DNA of 64,000 nt, taken from Pristiophorus japonicus. Lineage: Eukaryota. Positions within the stretch are counted from its first letter, which is position 1, and every line of letters starts with the position of its first letter. The position numbers were made by a program, and so were the translations under genes. This document shows positions 38,301-49,875 of the stretch, piece after piece. The notes beneath the pieces are model-generated. The model made no database searches. It worked only from the letters and a program-made list of their open reading frames with translations, and had not been told where the DNA came from. The DNA lies in the NCBI RefSeq assembly GCF_044704955.1, contig NC_091987.1, positions 188,790,001-188,854,000 on the forward strand. Reading direction: 5' to 3'.

Positions 38301-39494
38301 TCTCCGGGAACAATCCACAAGGGAAGTCGGTTCACTGTCCCTTTGTGTGTGACAGAGAGCATGGCGCTGCCGAGGACTGGTACGATTTCTTTGGTATAGG
38401 TCCTTAGTTTGGTGTCGACCCTTGTGAGTTTTGGTCTGTCTCTTTTATGTGGCCACAGTTGTTCAAATTGTTGAGCACCCATGAGAGATTGACGCGCTCC
38501 TGTATCCAGCTCCATGTTGACAGATATCCCATTGAGTACGACCGTCATCATTATCGGAGGCATCCTGTTGTAGGAGCAGCGGCCATTGATCGTGTTGACC
38601 CACTGTACATCGGTGTCCCGGGTTCTGTCCCCACCATCTTCTGGTCCGCTTTCCGACCCATCCGATTCGTATACCAGCTGAGCTGCCGTTTTTTTGCTCA
38701 TGCGGGCCAAATGCCCTGTATATTCACAATTTCTGCAAACAGCCTGCTGAAATCGACATCCCCTTGATGAGTGCCCACCCCCACACCTCCAGCACAGACC
38801 TGTTCCATTGTTCAAAGTGTTCCCAAAGAATGAGCTGCGTCTGGCTGATCTCTCTTGAGCTTGTAGTTGATTGCTCGCATTGTGGGTTGATGAGTTGTGA
38901 ACGGCCATTCCTGTGGCCCTTGATGGGTTCTGCCTGCTGTCGAGAGCCTGTTCTCCCGGTTTTGTCTGTGTTTGGGGGTAGCAGCTTGTTTAGTGCTGTG
39001 AACTCCTTGTTCCGATATTTCGTTAGTTGTCATACCTGCATTGTAAATCAACCTCGTTTCTTCTTCCCCTACCAAGAATGTCTGTGCAACCAGTGCTGCT
39101 GCCTCTAAGGTCAGGTTCTTGGTCTCTCTGAGCTTTCGGAATATGCCTGCGTGGCCTATTCCTTCAATGAAAAAGTTTCTCAGCATTTCTCTCCTCAGTT
39201 CATCGGAGAACTCACATAAACTAGCCAACCTCCGAAGTTCCGCCACAAAGTCGGGTATGCTCTGGCCCACACAATGTCTGTAGTTGTAGAACCTGTGTCT
39301 GGCCATATGTAGGCTGCTCGCTGGCTTCAGGTGGTCTCTTACCAGTGTGCTCAATTCTTACCAGTGGGCTCTTCTCTTGTCTGCCTTATCGTCGCCTAAC
39401 CAGTCTTTGGTTACAAAGCTTTGCTGGAGCCTTTTTATAAAGTCCTCCCAATTGTCTCCCGCATTGTACTTTTCATCTGATCCGTTGTTCGCCA
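35393..39494 (-). pseudogene. Frameshifted gag-pol of the complete Gypsy unit
   Basis: Gag with CCHC knuckles, protease LDTG, RT VVFQDD, RNase H CDASAYGVG and integrase HVDYAGP/SDNG/SNGQAER, spread over several frames. Confidence 0.92.
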
Positions 39495-39530
39495 TTCTGT
39501 GGATTCTGTAATCCCATAACTCGTCGCCAC

Positions 39531-42093
39531 TGTAAAGTCCTGTCCCCTCAGTACAGATTCACACGAGGCATGTAGTGAAGTCAAGGTCATTCTGGACCTG
39601 CACCTTTATTTCACAGCTCTGGAATGCTCCACTTGCCTGAGACCTGTCCTTATATACCTGTCTCTTGCAAGTGCACCCCTGGTGATAAGGTATGCTGGTG
39701 GTTACAGGTCATATCTTATTACAGTCATGTATAGCATGTTAGGATACAGTTATATATAATAATGTAAGATACATGACATCACCCTCCCCCAAGGTCTTAT
39801 TGTCGTTATAGGTTCAGTCTCTCAGGTGGTCTACACTCTCGCGTGGAGCGTCTGAGTTGTGGTTCAGTTGTTTGCCTTGGTGTCTGTTTTTCTTTGGGTG
39901 TGGTTGCTGGTATCTCGCCAGGGCTGTCTGTTTCGATTGGTGTGATTGTTGTTGACTTGCCTGGGCTGTCTGTTGGGATTGCCCTTTCCTCAGGTTGTTC
40001 CCTCTGTCTGTCCACCAGGTGTGGTACAAGTTCCACATTGTAGTCTGCCTCTGGTTCCGCAGTGTTGTTGGTAAATCTGCTTTTGACTTGGTCTACATGC
40101 CTCCGGCAGGTTTTGCCATTGTCCATTTGTACTACCAGTAGCCTGTTTCCTTCCTTGCCCGTTACTGTCCCTGCAAGCCATTTGGGAGAACTGCCATAGT
40201 TTAGTACAATCACTTTGTCCCCTATCTCATTCCATCTCCCCCTCGAATTTCTGTCATGGTACTCAGTCAGCTTACGGCGCTTTGCCTCAATGATTTTGTG
40301 CATGTCTGGGAGGATTAATGAGAGCCTTGTTTTTAAAGTCCTTTTCATCAACAATTGCATGGGGGGGATCCCAGTCAATGAGTGCGGACGAGATCTTTAT
40401 GCCAGCAGCAGTCGCGACAGGCGACCCTGCAGCATGGGACCTTGGATTTTAAGCATGCCTTGTTTAATGATTTGCACTGCTCTCTCTGCCTGGCCGTTTG
40501 AAAGAGCTCTCCATTTAGTGCCACTCCCCGGCTCTTTCCCCAAAGTTCTGAAAATATTTCCTTTTCAAGTATATTTCCAAGGTACTATTGAATCTGCTTC
40601 CACCAGTCTTTCAGGCAGTGCGTTCCAGATCATAACAATTTGTTGTTTAAAAAGAATTCTCTAATTTCCCCCCTGGTTCTTTTACCTATAACCTTAAATC
40701 TGTGCCCTCTGGTTACCAATCCTCCTGCCAAAGGTAAAGGTTCCTCCCAATCTATTCTGTCAAAACCTCATATAAATTTGAACACCTCTATTAAATCTCA
40801 CCTTAACCTTCTCTGCTTTAAGGAGAATAATCCCCGCTTCTCTAGTCTGTCCTCATAAGTGAAATCCCTCATCCCTAGTACCATTCTATTAAATCTTGAT
40901 ATAACCTTGAAAAGGCCTTGATATCCTTCCTGAAATGTGTTGAACAGAATTGGACACAATACTCCAGCTGAGGCCGAACCAGTGATTTATAAAGGTTCAC
41001 CATAACTTTATTCATTTTGTACTACACACTTCCCTTTATAAAGTCAAGGATTCGTATGTTTTTTTAACAGCTTGACTGTTTTTAGTGATTATATCAATCC
41101 AATAGAGAGGGCACGTTTACATTGTTACACCAGTCCAATATAATGGATTTGACTGAGAACCAAATTAGTTCCACTGGGTCTTTCAATGCCAGCCTTGATA
41201 AACAGTCATGATTAGACTCTGTAAATGAAACATGAACAATTTTAGACACAATTTCTGGAGTTTTTGCTCAAGTTCAGTGAGCAATTGGAAAATAAGTAGT
41301 TAGCTGTACTTAGTTTATGCATTTGCGAGTTGTATTAACCCAGGGAGCTTCCTGTGAGCTGTTCTGCTGCGTGTTTAAGTTGACCATATTATAACATGTC
41401 TACTGCGGGCTGGAAGCTTGTCCTCAACAACTGCTTTTTTTGGACTGTTGGTGTGCATTTTGCAGCCTGTCATTCACTCAGTGGTTATGTTACCCTGGAG
41501 TCCCTAAGCAACATGTTCCAGTCACTGTTCAGGATGGTATGAGAACACTTTCAGTAAATATTCTCAAACTGCTTCAGTCTCACTTTGGTTGCCATCGGCT
41601 CATCTCTAAGGCGTAAGACTTCCTCTGGTTCTGGCACATCAGTGAGCATAGGAATAGGAGTAAGCCATTCAGCCCATCAAGCCGGTTACCCTAGGAGCAG
41701 GTGTAGGCCATTCAGCTCCTCAAGCTTGTTACCATAGGAGCAGGAGTAGGCCATTCAGCCCCTCGAGTTTGTTACCATAGGAACAGGAGTAGGCCATTCT
41801 TCCCCTCGAGCCATAGGAGCAGGAATAGGCCATTCAGCCCCTCAAGCCTGTTCCGCCATTCAATGAGGCCACAACTGATCTGTAGCTTAACTCCATCTAC
41901 CTGCAGTTTATACGTGTACACAGGGATCTCTCTTTATGGAGCAGAGAGCAGTGAAAGCAGGATTTTAGCTGCACTTTTACTGCAACATTTGATATTTCTG
42001 TTGCTAGTTAGTCTATTTACCAGAAGAATAGTCACCTAGAGACTAAAGGGGGTGGATTGCCACGAGTTTCTCTCGTTCATCCATCATAACCTC
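39531..42093 (-). repeat. Inverted copy of 17316-19816 (VNTR has 5 units here, at 41646-41852)
   Basis: Reverse-complement match including the same CR1/integrase junction. The 86-bp length difference in the non-LTR part equals two 43-bp units. Confidence 0.95.
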
Positions 42094-42353
42094 ATAAAAA
42101 CATAAGAACATAAGAACATAAGAACATAAGAATTAGGAACAGGAGACGGCCATCTAGCCCCTCGAGCCTGCTCCGCCATTCAATAAGATCATGGCTGATC
42201 TGGCCGTGGACTCAGCTCCACTTACCCGCCCGCTCCCCGTAACCGTCAATTCCCTTATTGGTTAAAAATCTATCTATCTGTGACTTGAATACCTCAATGA
42301 GCTAGCCTCAACTGCTTCCTTGGGCAGAGAATTCCACAGATTCACAACCCTCT
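42094..42353 (-). mobile_element. Short CR1 3' end, antisense arm of the head-to-head pair
   Basis: (CATAAGAA)n tail and ~230 bp that are the reverse complement of 44333-44571. Confidence 0.9.
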
Positions 42354-44571
42354 TAAACAAAGGGGACTACAGTGGGATGAGGGCAGAGTTGGCTAAAGTA
42401 GACTGGAAATACAGACTAAACGGTCGCACAATTGAGGAACAGTGGAGGACTTTTAAGGAGCTCTTTCATAGTGCTCAACAAAAATATATTCCAGTGAAAA
42501 AGAAGGACGGTAAGAGAAGGGATAACCAGCCGTGGATAACCAAGGAAATAAAGGAGAGTATTAAATTAAAAACCAATGCGTATAAGGTGGCCAAGGTTAG
42601 TGGGAAAAAAGAAGATTGAGAAAATTTTAAACGACAGCAAAGAATGACTAAGAAAGCAATAAAGAAAGGAAAGACAGATTACGAAGGTAAACTTGCGCAA
42701 AACATAAAAACAGATAGTAAAAGCTTTTACAGATATATAAAACGGAAAAGAGTGACTAAAGTAAATGTTGGTCCCTTAGAAGATGAGAAGGGGGATTTAA
42801 TAATGGGAAATGTGGAAATGGCTGAGACCTTAAACAATTATTTTGCTTCAGTCTTCACAGTGGAAGGCACAGAAACCATGCCAGAAATTGCTGGTCACAG
42901 GAATGTGGGAAGGGAGGACCTTGGGACAATCACTATCACTAGGGGGGTAGTGCTGGACAGGCTAATAGGACTCAAGGTAGACAAGTCCCCTGGTCCTGAT
43001 GAAATGCATCCCAGGGTATTAAAAGAGATGGCGGAAGTTATAGCAGATGCATTCGTTATAATCTACCAAAATTCGCTGGACTCTGGGGAGGTACCAGCAG
43101 ATTGAAAAGCAGCTAATGTAACAACTCTGTTTAAAAAAGGGGGCAGACAAAAAGCAGGTAACTATAGCCCGGTTAGTTTACCATCTGTAGTGGGGAAAAT
43201 GCTTGAAACTATCATTAAGGAAGAAATAGCGGGACATCTAGATAGGAATAGTGCAATCAAACAGATGCAGCATGGATTCATGAAGGGGAAATCATGTTTG
43301 ACTAATTTACTGGAATTCTTTGAGGATATAACCAGCATGGTGGATAGAGGTGTACCGATGGATGTGGTGTATTTAGATTTTCAAAAGACATTCGATAAGG
43401 TGCCACACAAAAGGTTACTGCAGAAGATAGAGGTACGCGGAGTCAGTGGAAATGTATTAGCATGGATAGAGAATTGGCTGGCTAACAGAAAGCAGAGAGT
43501 CGGGATAAATGGGTCCTTTTCGGGTTGGAAATCGGTGGTTAGTGGTGTGCCACAGGGATCGGTGCTGGGACCACAACTGTTTACAATATACATAGATGAC
43601 CTGGAAGAAGGGACAGAGTGTAGTGTAACAAAATTTGCAGATGACACAAAGATTAGTGGGAAAGCGGGTTGTGTGGAGGACTCAGAGAGGCTGCAAAGAG
43701 ATTTGGATAGGTTAAGCGAATGGGCTAAGGTTTGGCAGATGGAATACAATGTCGGAAAGTGTGAGGTCATCCACCTTGGGGAAAAAAAACAGTAAAAGGG
43801 AATATTATTTGAATGGGGAGAAATTACAACATGCTGCGGTAAAGAGGGACCTGGGGGTCCTTGTGCATGAATCCCAAAAAGTTAGTTTGCAGGTGCAGCA
43901 GGTAATCAGGAAGGCGAATGGAATGTTGACCTTCATTGCGAGAGGGATGGAGTACAAAAGCAGGGAGGTCCTTCTGCAAATATATAGGGCATTGGTGAGG
44001 CCGCACCTGAAGTACTGCGTGCAGTTTTGGTCACCTTACTTAAGGAAGGATATACTAGCTTTGGAGGGGGTACAGAGATGATTCACTGGGCTGATTCCGG
44101 AGATGAGGGGGTTACCTTATGATGATAGATTGAGTAGACTGGATCTTTACTCATTGGAGTTCAGAAGGATGAGGGGTAATCTTATAGAAACATTTAAAAT
44201 AATGAAAGGGATAGACAAGATCGAGGCAGAGAGGTTGTTTCCACTGGTCGGGGAGCCTAGAACTAGGGGGCACAGCCTCAAAATACGGGGGAGCCAATTT
44301 AAAACCGAGTTGAGAAGGAATTTCTTCTCCCAGAGGGTTGTGAATCTGTGGAATTCTCTGATCAAGGAAGCAGTTGAGGCTAGCTCATTGAATGTATTCA
44401 AGTCACAGATAGATAGATTTTTAACCAATAGGGAATTAAGGGTTATGGGGAGCGGGCGGGTAAGTAGAGCTGAGTCCACGGCCAGATCAGCCATGATCTT
44501 ATTGAATGGTGGAGCAGGCTCGAGGGGCCAGATGGCCTACTCCTGTTCCTAATTCTTATGTTCTTATGTTC
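42352..44571 (+). mobile_element. 5'-truncated, relatively young CR1 LINE (RT domain to tail)
   Basis: KSPGPDEMHPRVLKE, QHGF, GVPQGSVLGP, KFADD and RRMRGNLIE, with a TTCTTATG tail and a few stops. Confidence 0.95.
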
Positions 44572-45953
44572 TTTATAACTGTTGAGCAGGAGGTCCGTTC
44601 CTCTAATGACATGGCATGGACATCGTCCCATTTCCAGTTTAGTTTTGCCAGCCAGCTTCTCCCCAGCAATGCTGGAGGATCTCCGGGGACAATCCACAGG
44701 GGAAGTCAGTTCATTGTCCATTTGTGTGTGACAGAGAGCATGGCACTGCCGAGGACTGGTACAATTTCTTTGGTATAGGTCCTTAGTTTGGTGTCGACCC
44801 TTGTGAGTTTTGGTCTGTCTCTTTCAAGCGGCCACAGTTGTTCAAATTGTTGAGCGCCCATGAGAGATTGACTCGCTCCTGTATCCAGCTCCATGATGAC
44901 AGATATCCCGTTGAGTAGGACCCTCATCATTATTGGAGGCGTCCTGTCATAGGAGCAGCGGCCATTGATAGTGTTGACCCGCTGTACATCGGTGTCCCGG
45001 GTACTGTCCCCACCGTCTTCTGGCCCGCTTTCCGACCCATCCGATTCGTATACCAGCCGAGCTGCCGTTTTTTTGCACATGCGGGCCATATGCCCTGTAT
45101 ATTCACAGTTCCTGCAAACAGCCTGCTGAAATCGACATTCCCTTGATGAGTGCCCACCCTCACACCTCGAGCATAGACTGCTTGCAAAGAATGAGCTGCG
45201 CCTGGCTGACCTCTCTTGAGCTTCTCTCAGTTTGTAGTTGATTGCTCGCATTGTGGGTTGATGAGGTGTGAATGGCCGTTCCTGTGGCCCTTGATGGCTT
45301 CTGTTGCCACTGCTTGCTGTCAAAAGCCTGTTCTGCCGGTTTTGTCCGTGTGTGGGGATAGCAGCTTTTCTAATGCTGTGAACTCCTTGTTCCATTATTT
45401 CATTAGTTGTCGTACCTGCATTGTAAATCAACCTCGTTTCTTCTTCCCCTACCAAGAATGTCTGTGCAACCAGTGCTGTTGCCTCTAAGGTCAGATTCTT
45501 GGTCTCTATGAGCTTTCGGAATATGCCTGTGTGGCCTATTCCTTCAATGAAAAAGTCTCTCAGCATTTCTCTCCTCAGTTCATCGGAGAACTCACATAAA
45601 CTAGCCAACCTCCGAAGTTCCGCCACGAAGTCGGGTATGCTCTGGCCCACACAACGTCTGTAGTTGTAGAACCTGTGTCTGGCCATTTGTCGGCTGCTCG
45701 CTGGCTTCAGGTGGTCTCTTACCAGTGTGCTCAATTCTTCAAATGACTTGCTTGCTGGTTTCTCGGGTGCCAACAGATCCTTCATTACAGTGTATGTTTT
45801 CGAGCCACAGCTGGTCAAGAGATGGGCTCTTCTCTTGTCTGCCATATCATCGCCTAACCAGTCTTTGGATACAAAGCTCTGGTGGAGCCTTTCTATAAAG
45901 TCCTCTCAATTGTCTCCCGCATTGTACTTTTCATTTGATCCGTTATTCGCCAT
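44572..45953 (-). pseudogene. Second gag-protease copy, truncated at the CR1 junction
   Basis: ORF 44706-45845 encodes gag, knuckles and LDTGAS; paralogous to 38193-39494. Confidence 0.9.
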
Positions 45954-46581
45954 TCTGTGGATTCTGTAATCCCGTAACCCGTCGCCACTGTAAAGTCCTG
46001 CCCCCTCAGTACAGATTCACACGAGGCATGTAGTGAAGTCAAGGTCACTCTGGACCTGCACCTTTTATTTCTCAGCTCTGGAATGCTGCACTTGCCTGAG
46101 ACCTGCCCTTATATACCTGTCTCTTGCAAGTGCACCCCGGTGGAAAGGTATGCTGATGGTTACAGGTCATATCTTATTACAGTCATGTATAGCATGTTGG
46201 GATACAGTTATATATAATAATGTAAGATACATGACAGTCGGCTTCTCGCCCATTCTTAAAGCACCTAGTTTCCACTTTTGAAAATGGGCGTTACCGCGAG
46301 CGATATAAAATGGGCGGTAGCGTGACATTTTTTTGCCCTTCTGCCATAAAGTGTGGCCATTCTTAGCAATGACATGGCAATGCTCGAGGTCAAGGGTCAT
46401 ATTGACATGCGCAGAAGAGGAGACAGAGAGAGAGGGAGCTCAGAGGGACTCAAGGCGTAGTGTGGCTACTTTGGGAGGAAAGGAGATAGACTTTAGAACT
46501 TCACAGCAATTAGGCAAACAAAAATTAGCTGTTACCAGCCAGATATTTGCCCGAATTTGGCCTATAATAGATAGAGAGGAA

Positions 46582-48390
46582 TTGGCATCACAGCACACTG
46601 TGGAGACTGATGCTGAAGAGAGCAGTGAGGTGGGAGAGGAGCACATTGGAGGGCGCAAAAGAGCCAGGAGGTTCTCGGATGAGGCAAATGCCTCCCTCCT
46701 GCAGGAGCTCGAGTTACGCTGGGGCGATTTGACACAGGGAGGGCATGGGACGCCCACCCCAAAGGCAAACCAGAAGATATGGACCGAGATAGCAGAGGTG
46801 GTCTCGTCGGCGACCAACGAGGTGTGTGAGGGCAACCAACGCCGCAAACGATGGAACGACCTTGTAGGATCCGCAAGAGTAAGTATTACATTTATTTACA
46901 TTACTTATGTATTTATATAATTTGATTTGTAACAGTCATGAGTGAGTATCATCAGATGTGAGGTCTTTCACTTTTACCGGGAATGGTTTACTCAAAGCCT
47001 GCAGTCACGGTGCACGTCTTTAGGTAAAGAATTATAATTATCATAACTGACAGATGTAATCATGATTATTATGTGTTGTATCAGTGTCCATGACAGTAGC
47101 TAGCAATGATATCACGCAATGATCTCATTCCATGTCGTCCTGTCCCCTTTTACAGAAGAAACTATCGACAATAAGGTCCGTGCAGAGGCGAATGGGTGGG
47201 GGGCCACCAGTCCCCAGCGACATCACTGACATGGAGGAGCGTGTGCTCACACTCGTAGTGAAGCAGCCACGGACGCATCTGCAGACCCTGAAGTGATATC
47301 ACGTGAGTAAAGCTTACACCATTGCGTGACGTAAAGTTAATACATGCTACACCGACTCCTATCCGAACAATCATATATGATAGATGATTTTTAAAATTGG
47401 CTATGAATACTGATGACCTAATGAAAATCATTGGAATGCAAATGTGTTGATGGTCATGAAATGTGATGTCTGTGATGATTTTGATAGTGGTGTTGCTTTT
47501 GTCGTGCATATGCTGTGTGTAGCACTGGAATCACCTTGTCACCCTAGCACCCCCTTCTCCTCTAATAACCTCATTTATGTTTTGCAGCTCAGCCAGCAGC
47601 GCGGCCCCAGGCAAGACCACAGAGGCCAGAAGGTGGGGATGTGGGATAGAAATCGGTGGACGATCCCACTACATCTGGTGCAGAGGAGGTTCGATTCTCA
47701 CCTGTCAATCCGCTGGGTCTGTTCTCCACGGATGAGAGCGCGGACTTCGAGGGACCTGCATTGCCATGCTCCAGAAGCTATTCCACCCCAAGGCCATCTA
47801 GTGGTCCTCCTGTCATGGCCGCCTCCACTCTGGAGGTATCGAGCCCAAGCACCTCGCCACAGGGTATCCCATTTATCCCCAGGATGGCGCCGACCCCGCA
47901 GAGGTCCTGTGGACGCGGCAGGTCTGTTCCACGAGTGCCACATGACAGCGGAGAGATGGTACAGTTGTCCAGGTGGACTGTAGACATTGGTAACCAGCTC
48001 ATTGAAGTATTGGGGGGGCATATCCCGACAGCTGGCCACCATCTCTGGCACCATGACCGAGTACATTCCGCGGATGGCGGAGTCCCTGGATAGCCAGGAA
48101 CACTGCTGGCACAGGCCTCCCAGTGGTCCCCGAGAGCAGCACTCCACCCCTAGGTTCCGCACCACCACTGCAAATGACAGATGAGACCAAGGACCAATAT
48201 CCTGCTACTGCACCAGAGAATGTTGCCCCCTCAGCACCCCCTGCTCCCGTACCTGTCCAATGACCGCATCTGCCTTCATCCCCCCCAATGAGGCACCGCC
48301 TGAGGAGCTCCTCGGCCAGGCACCGTGGAGCGAGGAGGGGAAGGGGTAGAGGTGGGGAGAAAAAGGGATGGGGGGGAAGGAAAGTGAGGT
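46582..48390 (+). pseudogene. Degenerate intron-containing Myb/SANT-like gene of the Harbinger element
   Basis: Exon 1 RKRARRFSD..W.EIAE.V..Q.RKRWNDL with donor at 46879. Exon 2 (47156-47302) KKL..RRMGGGPP..EERVL. Exon 3 starts at 47588. Frameshifts are present. Confidence 0.75.
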
Positions 48391-49875
48391 GCATGTCCGC
48401 AGGTGATGGTTGTGTTATATCTCCATCTGGGTGTATGCAATTTGTTGCAATGTATGGGGACTGGGGACCACGCTCCTACTTTGCCTTTGTATTCTGCTAC
48501 TGGACATGTTAAATATGACATTTATGTCAATGGTTGAAAAAGTGGGGTGTGGGCGGGGTTTGGGTGTTATTGCCTGTGATGCTTATGATTCCAGACCAAT
48601 ATTGGTATAAATTTTTGTTATTGAGCATAACCTTGTTACGCATTGTCTCAGATAGCTGTACCGTTACACTTTGGTGATTCCTTAACATGAAATGGTTAAA
48701 TACAACTTAACATCAATCAACATAAACTTTAACTGGCACCAAGGTGATGGGCACCATTGATGTATGAGCTGCACACACACAGCAATGTGTTAGCGTTGTC
48801 ACTCACATCAACGCTCTTTCAGGTAAATCATTCAGATATCAGCTCCTTACTCTTACGAGTGGGATTTTAAAAATGCCAAATATATTGCTGCCGTTCGTTC
48901 AAAATAGTTCCACTTTTTGTGGGTAGTTTATTGAGCGAGCGATATTGTGGGCGATATGTGTGTGAGGTGGTGAAATTGACGCTGGCCGATCTGCTGGGCG
49001 TTAGTTTCGGTAAATATGCTCTTCATGACAAAAAAAAATATTGAATCTCAGCGTTAAATCAGTACGGAAAGTAACGCTGGCCGATATTATGGACATTAAT
49101 TTCGCCCATTCTGATGATTCCGCCCCAAAAAAGTGAGCGGGCGATAATATTTTTTCCCGGCGTTCAGCACATACGGAAGGTAACGTTCGGCGATAAGTTT
49201 CCTAAAAAATGGGCATCAGTTTGCATTTTGTGCCTAAATGGGCGATATCTGTGAGTTTACATCATTTCAACGGTAAACTGGGCGTTGAGCATGCAAAAAA
49301 AGTGCAGGTTCTAGCCCCGTGGCTCTATTTGAGGAAAAACAGGGAGTTACCCAGTGTGCTGATCAATATTCCCCCTAGCAGCCCATACCATCAGTAAAAT
49401 CATTAACTACTTGCTCACCTCATGCCTGGTTTGGAACACCTCTGCCGCTTTCAACCATTTACTCTAAAAACATCACTCATTTTGTGATGTGCTTTGGAAA
49501 CATCCTGTTATTTAAATGCAAGTGTGATCATAATATTATTTACTAACTTAGCTCTCTATTTTACCAATGCTACTATGGACTGAACTCTTCCCCCTTGTTA
49601 CTTCTAAGCTGAAAATATGACATTCTGCAAACACTTCCTTTTACCCATACCTTCTGTGTTGAAATCAAACCCCATTGCATTGTCCCTTACTCGAACTCTG
49701 TCTCAGCCAAGACCTCCAAATTGTACAACATCTCAGATTTCTTTTCCTCTCACAATCTTCAGGCATTTAAAATCAAAGCTGGGCCTCAGTTGACCTGACT
49801 TAACCTCATCTACACTTTTCAACCTTGCTCATGTTCTACACTTGGGGCCTTGATCCTTCAACCATCAATCATCCC

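Larger units (their letters stand above)
35109..46236 (-). mobile_element. Three-LTR Gypsy (Mag-like) composite
   Basis: ~248-bp LTRs at 35109-35357, 39531-39778 and 45989-46236, with perfect TSD GTCGG outside the outer pair. There are two PBS (TGGCGACG(A/G)GTTA(T/C)GGGATT, tRNA-Ser(GCT)-like) and two PPTs. Confidence 0.95.
35038..49317 (+). mobile_element. PIF/Harbinger-like DNA transposon (~3.1 kb net) hosting an 11.1-kb LTR composite
   Basis: 20-bp TIRs GGGCTAGAACCTGCACTTTT / AAAAGTGCAGGTTCTAGCCC, flanks CTT/CGT (imperfect 3-bp TSD) and an internal Myb/SANT-like gene. Confidence 0.88.
34848..49520 (+). mobile_element. Old DeuSINE-type SINE split into 34848-35037 and 49318-49520
   Basis: ..CAGGTGGATCTTGAAGACCC | GGCTCTATTTGAGGAAAAACAGGGAGTTA.. 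joins up to match the reverse complement of the SINE at 14832-15269. Confidence 0.65.

Noticed and set aside
36564-38908. Active or domesticated pol gene
   Set aside because: Multiple frameshifts and a gag deletion inside LTRs indicate a decayed element.
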